From Thraustochytrium aureum (Eukaryota), in NCBI GenBank assembly GCA_012862495.1, contig BLSG01000157.1, forward strand, positions 1-40,403: DNA of 40,403 bases, in the 5' to 3' direction. Of this stretch, positions 31,391 through 40,403 are shown one piece after another. How positions within the stretch are numbered: position 1 is the first letter of the stretch; each line of letters starts with the position of its first letter. The notes beneath the pieces were generated by a model. It searched no databases, was not told where the DNA came from, and was given only the letters and a program-made list of their open reading frames with translations. Made by a program: the position numbers and the translations under genes.

Positions 31391-32206
31391 CGCCTTTGCC
31401 GTTCGCAGGTTTTTCTCGCGCCCGTGTCGCTCCGAAATGCTCTCGCGCCCCAGCCGCTCCGATCAGCTTGCTACCTGTGCGCGAGTTGGCCCTTCGAGGC
31501 CTGCCGCTCGAGCATTGCTCGGCGCCTCTGGGCCGCCCACGGTCCGAGCCGAGGCCGGTGCACGAACACAGAGCGCTGAGCGCACGAGGTCCTGTTTGTC
31601 CGCTCTCAGCCTCCCCGCGTGTCCGCTCGCGCGGCTCGCGCACGGCCCGAAACNNNNNNNNNNNNNNNNNNNNNNNNNNNNNNNNNNNNNNNNNNNNNNN
31701 NNNNNNNNNNNNNNNNNNNNNNNNNNNNNNNNNNNNNNNNNNNNNNNNNNNNNNNNNNNNNNNNNNNNNNNNNNNNNNNNNNNNNNNNNNNNNNNNNNNN
31801 NNNNNNNNNNNNNNNNNNNNNNNNNNNNNNNNNNNNNNNNNNNNNNNNNNNNNNNNNNNNNNNNNNNNNNNNNNNNNNNNNNNNNNNNNNNNNNNNNNNN
31901 NNNNNNNNNNNNNNNNNNNNNNNNNNNNNNNNNNNNNNNNNNNNNNNNNNNNNNNNNNNNNNNNNNNNNNNNNNNNNNNNNNNNNNNNNNNNNNNNNNNN
32001 NNNNNNNNNNNNNNNNNNNNNNNNNNNNNNNNNNNNNNNNNNNNNNNNNNNNNNNNNNNNNNNNNNNNNNNNNNNNNNNNNNNNNNNNNNNNNNNNNNNN
32101 NNNNNNNNNNNNNNNNNNNNNNNNNNNNNNNNNNNNNNNNNNNNNNNNNNNNNNNNNNNNNNNNNNNNNNNNNNNNNNNNNNNNNNNNNNNNNNNNNNNN
32201 NNNNNC

Positions 32207-32390
32207 GGCGCTCGTGCAATTCGCAGAGTACACGGCACTCGTTGTTTTCTTTGACAAGAGCGGGGAGGGCTGGCTCGCACCGACGCTAATCATGTTCGCC
32301 AACTTGGGGGTCATCTATGCAGGTGTCTTGTGGTGTGCTCGAGGCACAGCTCGCCGCTCAGTACGTGGCGCACGAGCCAAGACGGCCTGA
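32207..32390 (+). CDS. 3' fragment of a probable membrane protein whose 5' part lies in the N-gap
   Basis: 'ALVQFAEYTALVVFFDKSGEGWLAPTLIMFANLGVIYAGVLWCAR...' gives two hydrophobic segments and a basic tail, ending at TGA 32390. Confidence 0.4.
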
Positions 32391-32636
32391 GACCACCGTC
32401 GCTCCGCTGCCATGCGGTGCACGGTGGCCGAGGCGCTTGCCTCCCAAACCAGTCGGATCCGCCTCGCCCAAACCAGGACCAAGGAGGGTCTGGCTTGGCA
32501 GGACAGATGGATGGCCGAGCCGATCGAAAATAAACATGTTGTGTCTTGTGGTACGCACTGATGAAGGGAAAAAACCAGTTCATGACAGGTCGATTGGGTC
32601 GAGCAAGCAGCGCGAACCATATGCAGGCCGCCCCAT

Positions 32637-34739
32637 TCACTTGAGCTCCTCCATGAGCCGCGAATAGCGCTCGGAAAGCTCTTGCAGCTTGGCGTTGCCC
32701 TCGAGCTTGAGCGCAGCCTGGGCCTTGACTGTCTCCTCAAGCTGCGAGACACGGTTGTTGTCCGTGACGCCTCGCTTGCGGAGGTCCTCGAGCTCGTCAA
32801 GCGCGTCGCCCTCGGCAGTCATAGCATCCGAGATGGCCGTCAGGATCGGGTTGCTCTCATCGAGCTGCTTGGTGAACAGCTCGACGCGCGCGCGCGCCTG
32901 GCGCTCGGCGGTTGCGTCGGCCGCAGCGACAGCCTTTTCGATGTCGACCATCGCCTTGGAAACCTCAATGGAGAGAAACAAGGTGAGAAAGTTGCGGATC
33001 CCGAATCCGCCGCAGCCGGGCTTGATGGGGGCGCAAGACCCGTCCGGGAGCCGCTTTTCGCTGCAGACGCGCTGGATAAACTCGAGGAAGGGCGCCTCGT
33101 CGCCCGTCTTGCGCTGCAGGATGTTGCAGGTGAAAATCTGGAACAGGATGTCGCTGCCCTGGATGTCGACGAGGATCTTGTTGCGCACAATCTGCAAGTA
33201 GGTCTCCTCGGCAAAGTGGTCGCGCAGCAGTGCGTACATGTTGCTGAAGCGCGCGCGCTTGACAGCGGCCACGACCGCGGAGCGGCCTGCGACGTCGAGG
33301 CCGCCGGCAGCCTCCACCTTGGCAAGGGTTGCCAAGATCTGGTCCTGGGTGATGTCCAGCGAGACGATGCCGGCTACCGTGCAGTGCCCGTCGGCGACGA
33401 GCGCGGCCACAACAGCCGCCGCAGCGTCCTTGCCAAGTCCGCACGCCACGAGGTCGGCTTCGGCAAGGTGGCCATAGTACGAGCGCGGGATGTTGAGGAA
33501 GGAGAAGCCGCGCCCGGTCATGACGCGATAGTTGTTGACGCGCTCGATGAAAGAGACCAGGTTTTTGACGCGGCTGGCCAGGTGCTGCACGCCCTGCCCG
33601 AGCTGCTCCAAAAAGAAGTGCACGTGGCCCACGTCCGACAGCGCGTTGTTGATCGGCAAGTAGATCTGCGACTGGTCGCGCAGCACCTCCTTCGAGTCGC
33701 ACTTTTTCTGGGCCGTCCCGGCGCTGTTGCCAGTCACTGTCGACTCGATCTTGGCGCGCCCCGCGGCAACAACACCGGCGTTAAAGTCCACCTTGGGCGT
33801 GAACCCGAGCACGTCCTCCAGGGTGTCGAGGAACGAGCGGCGGTCCACGACGTTGCTGACCCAGTGGTCCGCGTACGCCGGGATCGACGTCCCGTCAAAC
33901 TCCGCGGGGACGTCCTCGAGGCCGGGCAGGACGCCTTCAGGGTTGCCAAAGCCGTCCTTGGCGCCGTACGAGCCAGCGCGGTGCACGAACCGCAACACGG
34001 TCCCCTCGTCTGCGGGCCCAGTCTTGTCCTTTTGGTAGTATGCAAACGCCTCGAGCACTTTCATGGTTCCGAGCACGATGCGCCGCGACTCGCCTGTCGC
34101 GCCGTCCTTGACCATGCGCGAGTCCTCGTACTCGCAGATGCCGCGAAGGAGGCTTGGGTGCAGCTTTTTGTAGCGCTCCATCGTCGCCTCAATCGCGCCG
34201 TCTTCGGGAAGCTCAAAGCCGAGCACGGCGATGCCCGCATGGTCGTGGTGGCACTTGAAGAACTTGTCGATGTTGCTCTGCGAAAAGTGCGCGTACGGCT
34301 CTGCTTGAGCCTCGCCGCTCGTCTTGGTCGAGGTGGTGACCACCAGCTTGACGCCCTTGGGGTCTTTGCTCGTGACGAGCACGGAGCGGGTTCCGGGCCC
34401 GCAGTACTCGGCGGTGACGCGCCAGCCGAGCCCGACGATCATCTGCTCCACCACATCCTGGCCGGCCGGCTGAAAGGCGGCCTCATCGACGGCCTCCAAG
34501 CCGCCCTTGCTGCACAGATCGGCCCACGCGGATTTCCCTTCCAGCACGCGCGCATCCAGGGCGTTGGGCTGGAGAAACTTCATGCCGCCCGAGAACGGGT
34601 CAAAGCTGCCCTTCCCCGCGAGCTTGTTGAGCATAGCCTCGATCTTCTTGTACGTCTGCGTGCTCTGGAGCGAGTCGACGTACATCTGCACATGGTGAAA
34701 CTCGCACCCAAACTCGCGCCCGTCCAGTTCGACGTTCAT
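32637..34739 (-). CDS. HPD: 4-hydroxyphenylpyruvate dioxygenase (elongated, ~700 aa)
   Basis: 'ADHWVSNV', 'YLPINN', 'GQGVQHLA', 'YYG', 'ILVD', 'LFQIFT', 'PFLEFIQR', 'GCGGFGIRNFLTLFLSIE'. The His/His/Glu Fe ligands are present. Confidence 0.88.
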   Translation of the reverse strand: MNVELDGREFGCEFHHVQMYVDSLQSTQTYKKIEAMLNKLAGKGSFDPFSGGMKFLQPNALDARVLEGKSAWADLCSKGGLEAVDEAAFQPAGQDVVEQMIVGLGWRVTAEYCGPGTRSVLVTSKDPKGVKLVVTTSTKTSGEAQAEPYAHFSQSNIDKFFKCHHDHAGIAVLGFELPEDGAIEATMERYKKLHPSLLRGICEYEDSRMVKDGATGESRRIVLGTMKVLEAFAYYQKDKTGPADEGTVLRFVHRAGSYGAKDGFGNPEGVLPGLEDVPAEFDGTSIPAYADHWVSNVVDRRSFLDTLEDVLGFTPKVDFNAGVVAAGRAKIESTVTGNSAGTAQKKCDSKEVLRDQSQIYLPINNALSDVGHVHFFLEQLGQGVQHLASRVKNLVSFIERVNNYRVMTGRGFSFLNIPRSYYGHLAEADLVACGLGKDAAAAVVAALVADGHCTVAGIVSLDITQDQILATLAKVEAAGGLDVAGRSAVVAAVKRARFSNMYALLRDHFAEETYLQIVRNKILVDIQGSDILFQIFTCNILQRKTGDEAPFLEFIQRVCSEKRLPDGSCAPIKPGCGGFGIRNFLTLFLSIEVSKAMVDIEKAVAAADATAERQARARVELFTKQLDESNPILTAISDAMTAEGDALDELEDLRKRGVTDNNRVSQLEETVKAQAALKLEGNAKLQELSERYSRLMEELK

Positions 34740-35759
34740 CCTCGCCTCGTGCACGTCAACGCAACTTGACCGTTCGGTGCTCGTGAGACGTTTGTTTCAC
34801 GCGTCCACGCGCCTCCAACTCGACCGTTCGTGTTCTCACCCGCCCCGCCTTTGCTGCTGCTCACGTCTGCTCTTCGGGCTGGCCTTGTCGGCTGCTCGCT
34901 GCGATGTTTCGGGTCTGCTGGCCAGTCAGGCTTGTCCGAGAAGGTGGTTTGCTTGCTCGAGCGAGGCACCAATTCTCACGTCCCCAAAAAAGGCCACGCA
35001 GAAACAAGCGACGGTCCCGCCTGGACTCGAATGTCCAAGAATGGGCGCGGCGCGGGCCGTACACAGGTAGACCGCAACGAATCGTTGCAGGATCGAGGCT
35101 GCTCTGCGCCTGCGCGGCCTGCGACCAGGAAACGCTGCGAGACATCGACAGTGGGCAATGCCGTTCGGCCTCGCCGTGGTTCGTTCGGATGCGGTCGCGC
35201 TTTCCTCTCATCATGGGCGGGCCGCGCAACGAAACCGTGCAGTCGCGGACAAAACAGTGCCGCACAGAGCTAGCGACAGCGTGGAAGGCGCTGCGGAGGA
35301 GAAGGCGAAGGAGCTCGAGGAGTACCTCGTCAACCCCAGGCAGGCACCCCGGCACAAAACCACCAGAGAACACAGAAGCCGCCCAAGGGGATCACAGAAC
35401 TGTTCGCGATCACCGCACTGATCGTCAAAGCCAACAGATTTCTTCGATCGATCGATCGATAAACTCAATCAAGGACGCGCACATCCTCTTGAAAGACGAT
35501 CAGAACAGATCACCCACTGACCGCGGCACGGCGAGGCCGCGCCGCAGGTAGCTCGGCTGACCGGTGACTCTGAGATGTCCGGCTGAGCGGTTCGCCCGGC
35601 ACGTCCCGCTCAACTGACCGTTGCTCGAGCCGGGAAGGTCTTGCTCTCTACCACACGAACGGATTTCTCTTCTTCACCGCTGGCAGTCCTGCAAATCTCG
35701 GACCCACTTCATCGTCTGCAAATGCGTGCGCGGGCCAAAGCCGATTGACGGAAGCACTT

Positions 35760-35789
35760 GCCTGCCTGCCTGCCTGCCTGCCTGCCTGC
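35760..35789. repeat. (CCTG)n microsatellite
   Basis: About 7 consecutive CCTG units read directly. Confidence 0.85.
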
Positions 35790-36366
35790 GCGCCCGCCCG
35801 CCCGTAGAGACCGAATACACTGGAGCAGTCAGTGGCGAACGCACCGCGCGCACGTGGACACGAGTTGTCTCCAGCGTCGACCAGGTCCAGTTCGCTCTGG
35901 CGGCTAGCGCGGGGCCGCTCGCGGCACAAGACAAACTCGCGAGCAGCCGCGGTGGGCAAAGCGCAGTCATGATTGGGGCGAACGGCGACGCCGAGCCGAT
36001 CTCGAGCATGGTAAAGGCCGAAACGCCCAGNNNNNNNNNNNNNNNNNNNNNNNNNNNNNNNNNNNNNNNNNNNNNNNNNNNNNNNNNNNNNNNNNNNNNN
36101 NNNNNNNNNNNNNNNNNNNNNNNNNNNNNNNNNNNNNNNNNNNNNNNNNNNNNNNNNNNNNNNNNNNNNNNNNNNNNNNNNNNNNNNNNNNNNNNNNNNN
36201 NNNNNNNNNNNNNNNNNNNNNNNNNNNNNNNNNNNNNNNNNNNNNNNNNNNNNNNNNNCGTTTGCGGCCGAGCACCCTGGCGGGCCTCAAGTCCTTGAAA
36301 GCAGGCACGGGAAGGACGTAACATCGGCGTTCGAAGCGCAGGGGGCACAGCAGCGCGGCGCGCCGC

Positions 36367-37782
36367 ATGCTCGATTCTCTGGAATACCGCGAAGAAGGTG
36401 TCAACGTCGAGTCTTTCGCCAACGCGAGCAAAGCTGCAGGTCCACAGGCGGAGGGCGGTGCGGCCGATGCTAGACGGAGCGGCCTGCAAGTGTCGACGGG
36501 AGCGATCGTAGCGATCGCTTTCATCACGTCGCTGGCGTGGGCAGTGCTGCTAAACCTCTCGTCGCAGTCCGGCGCTGGCTGGTGGAATGACATGCGCAAC
36601 CAGTACCCGTTCTCTGGCGAGCTCGGGCTCGGCCGATTTGAGATTCGCGGCTACAGCGGTACCGCGCTGGACTACCCCTGGCGGCTGGCAAAGCGAAACA
36701 CCGCCGGGACAGCGATCGCCTGGCTCGTATACGTTGTCCACCAGGTGGCACAGTGGGTTGTAATCGCCCTCGCCAAGCACGACAAGGACGCCCGCCTGAA
36801 AAAGGCCGGCGAGCCGCGTTTCAGCGATCGGCTCGACAAGCACAACTGGCGAATGCTTGCTGTAAACGCGAGCGGCGTGTTTGCCGCGTACGTGGTGCAT
36901 ATGGTGTGGTACGATGGCCTGGCGGGCACGATCGCCGAGTCCATCTCGCAGTCCTCAGTCATCCTGTTTCTCGCTCTTGTGGTCTTGATGGAGATGCCGC
37001 GGCGCGGCCTCTTCTTCGGGCGCGGCAGACGCGTGGCCTGCTTTTCTCAGGGGCTAAATGAGGCCTTGTTCTCGTTTTTCAAGCGGTACCATGCCTACGC
37101 GTTCTCCTGGTCGTTCGTCTTCGTGTACCATTACCACCCGCACGAAGCCACATCGAGCCACCTTGGCGGGTTTTTCTACACCACGCTGCTCCTCTGGCAG
37201 TCCAACCTAATCTTCCACACGAGCCACTTGAACCGCAACTGGACGTTTGCGCTCGAGGCTCTTGTTGTGATCCATGCGGTGCTGGTGGCCGTGATCCAGA
37301 GCCTGCGCAACGTGATGCAGTTTGGGCTGGGGTTTCTGATCGTCATTTTGGTCGTGGAGCTCGCAGGGGTGCCCGCAGTCCAGCGCTTTATGTTCCCCGA
37401 CTACCCGGTCAACAAAACGCGGGCGCAGAACGTCTTGCTTCCCGTAGGCATCGTCGTGTTTATCGCGGTGCTTGTCGGCAGCTTCTACGCGGCAGGGTAC
37501 TTTGAGGGTTCGAGCCCGACGACGATCATCTTTATTCCCATCGGGTACCTAATCATCGTGCTTGTTACTGCACTGGTCTTTGCGGCTGGATACGTTTGCC
37601 AAGAGACCTGCGGAATGCGCTCCCCTGCCGCGGTGGGCACGTTTGCGGTTTTCGGGTTTGGCGTGGTTTTGTTCATATCCGTGCTGGTCAACGGCGGTGG
37701 CACGCCGGGGTTTCACAAGTTTGCCACTCCGGAGCAGGGCGTGATGTTTCTGGCCGACAACGTAACAGAGCTCGTGCTCTGA
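36367..37782 (+). CDS. polytopic His-rich membrane protein (roughly 10-12 TM); N-terminus may extend upstream across the gap
   Basis: 471-aa hydrophobic ORF with motifs 'YPWRL', 'VHQVAQW', 'HMVWYDGLA', 'SQSSV', 'EMPRRGLFFG', 'RYHAY', 'YHYHP', 'HLGGFFY', 'HLNRNW'. Confidence 0.75.
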   Translation: MLDSLEYREEGVNVESFANASKAAGPQAEGGAADARRSGLQVSTGAIVAIAFITSLAWAVLLNLSSQSGAGWWNDMRNQYPFSGELGLGRFEIRGYSGTALDYPWRLAKRNTAGTAIAWLVYVVHQVAQWVVIALAKHDKDARLKKAGEPRFSDRLDKHNWRMLAVNASGVFAAYVVHMVWYDGLAGTIAESISQSSVILFLALVVLMEMPRRGLFFGRGRRVACFSQGLNEALFSFFKRYHAYAFSWSFVFVYHYHPHEATSSHLGGFFYTTLLLWQSNLIFHTSHLNRNWTFALEALVVIHAVLVAVIQSLRNVMQFGLGFLIVILVVELAGVPAVQRFMFPDYPVNKTRAQNVLLPVGIVVFIAVLVGSFYAAGYFEGSSPTTIIFIPIGYLIIVLVTALVFAAGYVCQETCGMRSPAAVGTFAVFGFGVVLFISVLVNGGGTPGFHKFATPEQGVMFLADNVTELVL

Positions 37783-38877
37783 AGCAGCGGCATTCGCCTC
37801 TCTCTGTGGTAGGTAGAGATCTGGAGCTGAATAGCGTTTCCGAGTCCTCGAGCAGAAAGCTTCGTTTGCCCGCCCTTGTTGTCGCGGGACGTGGAGCCGC
37901 CGGGGCTGCCCTTCCACCGCAGTGCGATGACAGCATTCCCATGGTCGGGCCCATGCCTGGCAGGACTGAGCGAGCCCGAACAGGCAAAGTGCAGAGCGTG
38001 ACGTGGGGGTTTACATTGTGCCAAGAAACAAACAAATCCAAAGCCGGTTACAGCGAAAAACATTCACAATGCAATCACATCGGAGGAGCACCAACCCTCG
38101 CGCAGTAGCAAACGGGGGGCGCTCAGCCCCCCGGCCCGCACTGCTTGCGATCGAAAGCTAANNNNNNNNNNNNNNNNNNNNNNNNNNNNNNNNNNNNNNN
38201 NNNNNNNNNNNNNNNNNNNNNNNNNNNNNNNNNNNNNNNNNNNNNNNNNNNNNNNNNNNNNNNNNNNNNNNNNNNNNNNNNNNNNNNNNNNNNNNNNNNN
38301 NNNNNNNNNNNNNNNNNNNNNNNNNNNNNNNNNNNNNNNNNNNNNNNNNNNNNNNNNNNNNNNNNNNNNNNNNNNNNNNNNNNNNNNNNNNNNNNNNNNN
38401 NNNNNNNNNNNNNNNNNNNNNNNNNNNNNNNNNNNNNNNNNNNNNNNNNNNNNNNNNNNNNNNNNNNNNNNNNNNNNNNNNNNNNNNNNNNNNNNNNNNN
38501 NNNNNNNNNNNNNNNNNNNNNNNNNNNNNNNNNNNNNNNNNNNNNNNNNNNNNNNNNNNNNNNNNNNNNNNNNNNNNNNNNNNNNNNNNNNNNNNNNNNN
38601 NNNNNNNNNNNNNNNNNNNNNNNNNNNNNNNNNNNNNNNNNNNNNNNNNNNNNNNNNNNNNNNNNNNNNNNNNNNNNNNNNNNNNNNNNNNNNNNNNNNN
38701 NNNNNNNNNNNNNNNNNNNNNNNNNNNNNNNNNNNNNNNNNNNNNNNNNNNNNNNNNNNNNNNNNNNNNNNNNNNNNNNNNNNNNNNNNNNNNNNNNNNN
38801 NNNNNNNNNNNNNNNNNNNNNNNNNNNNNNNNNNNNNNNNNNNNNNNNNNNNNNNNNNNNNNNNNNNNNNNNNNNNN

Positions 38878-39590
38878 TCAACGTGCTGATTTCGGACCTT
38901 GTGCGCGGCTCGGCGGTCGTCAGCGATCATGCGGGCCTTGTGCGCGTTGATCTCGTAGTCCTCGACCGGGAGTGGGAGGAGCAGCAGCACGGTCATCGCG
39001 CACAGCGCGGCCCAAGCCGCTGCGATCGCGGCTAGCGCCAGGGGACGCAGTCCGGCGCCAACAGCCAGAGCGAGCGCGACGGACGAGTGCCTAATAGCCC
39101 AAAACTTCATCTTGCCGGTCATCGTGCTCTTCAAGCCCAGGAACGCGGGGTCAGGCGCAGCTAGAAGGGCTCCGTAGGCCAGGCTCCACACCAGCTGCAA
39201 GAACAGGAGGAGCAGCGCCATCAGGCCGGGCCGCCTTGAGAAAACCAGCCCCGTGCTCAAGAGTGCGCCGTCCAAAATATCGACCAGGCAGAACACGATG
39301 CCCTGGCCTACAGTCGAGTTGTACTGGAACCACGGCGCCTCGCTCAGCTGACCAATCAACTTGGGCCGTCGCCTTATTGAAACGCGTCGCTTCCCACTCC
39401 GCCGCTTGCTTTCCCTATTGCCGTCTGGCCCTTCATCGTCCGCGTCGGGCCTGGCAGCGCTCGGTCTCCTGCTGGAGCGCCCAGACTTGTTCTTGTGGGC
39501 CCAGCGCTTGTCGTCCTCTTCGTCGTCGTCGCGCCAGATCTCCTCCGGCGAGGCCCCAAATCCAAGCCCGCTGTTAGGCACGCGAGGCAT
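38878..39590 (-). CDS. membrane protein of unknown function; 3' end in N-gap
   Basis: ATG at 39590, charged N-terminus, then about 4 hydrophobic segments running into the gap. Confidence 0.55.
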
Positions 39591-40403
39591 CGCGCGACGC
39601 TGCCCTGGGCTGCCGCGTGCTGGCGCAGTTTGCGCCCGCTGCAGCAGCTCGCTCGGCCTCGCGCGCCCACGGCGTGGAGCGGGATGGTGCGCGCGGCGAC
39701 ACGAGTACGCGCGCCCGCGCTCGCGGATCGGCGCTTCTGGTACTCTAAGTAGCTAGCTACCTGCGTGCACTCGACGCGGTCGCGCGCGCCGGCGCGGTGC
39801 TTCGATGCGCCTCTGCTCGGTGCTCGCCAGTGTGCACAAGCGACGAGCAAAACGAAGTCGACTTGACGACACCTCAAGCGAGAAGCCAGCCTGATGTCGT
39901 CAAGGGCCAGCAGCTCCGCCAAGCAGGACGTCACGTGGCGTTGTGCATGCAGGAGGCAGCACCTCGGGCCAGGCGGACCGGCCGCTTGCGGTCGCTTGTG
40001 GTCGCTTGCGGTCTTGCCGCTTGCCGCTGGAGGTTTCGGCAAGTGATTGATTGGCCAACCTTTTGCAACGGAGATGTCGGTGGACTCTGACGATGCTGCT
40101 TCATGAGCGCCAGTAGAGCGCTTGGAGGGCCTTGCTACTTGCTCGACTTCGGAGTACTCGAGAGTACTCGTATGCTGGCTGGTGCGAGTACTTGCACTGG
40201 AGAGCCGCCTGAGCCGTCAACCCGCGACGGTGCCAGTCGCCTTCACGTCGATGGATTTGTCTCGCTTTGCGCCGGGGACGTGCGGCTGCTCCTGCGCGAG
40301 CTGCGGAAGCGCATAGGCAGGCACGCGTCATCGGCAAGCCGCAGGCGTTGTGGCAAGGCTGGACGGAACGCGAGAGAGAAAGAAAGAAAAAACGTTTACG
40401 TTT

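Noticed and set aside
32682..34769. 695-aa + strand ORF opposite HPPD (likewise 3049-3975, 10261-11538, 30623-31579)
   Set aside because: These are antisense shadow ORFs expected from high GC at third codon positions. They carry no motifs of their own.
34780..36030. ORFs between HPPD and the His-rich membrane gene
   Set aside because: Overlapping low-complexity frames without motifs. The ATG near 35969 may belong to the downstream gene, but the gap prevents a call.
39600..40403. ORFs at the window end
   Set aside because: No motifs or consistent coding signal; likely upstream or intergenic sequence.

Overview
A GC-rich, gene-dense eukaryotic (protist) scaffold with no recognisable introns and seven N-gaps. 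The compact, intron-poor layout would fit a stramenopile such as a labyrinthulomycete, but that is inference only. About 18 genes are supported: MIOX, a J-domain protein, eIF2B-delta, a membrane protein, NSUN2/Trm4, Ctf4/WDHD1, a CHAT-STAND-SH2 protein, UXS1, an LEA-like protein, an ankyrin protein, an LRR/Cys-His protein, Fused/STK36 kinase, GST, an SDR, an elongated HPPD, and three further membrane-protein ORFs or fragments. Several genes are split by 1-nt indels, some in short homopolymers, which are probably assembly errors. The most interesting element appears only after repairing four such indels at 13955-16459 (-). It is a single protein of about 830 aa combining a caspase-like CHAT protease (His/Cys dyad), an NB-ARC-like STAND ATPase and a C-terminal STAT-type SH2 domain. 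This suggests an NLR/apoptosome-like module whose sensor would read phosphotyrosine.
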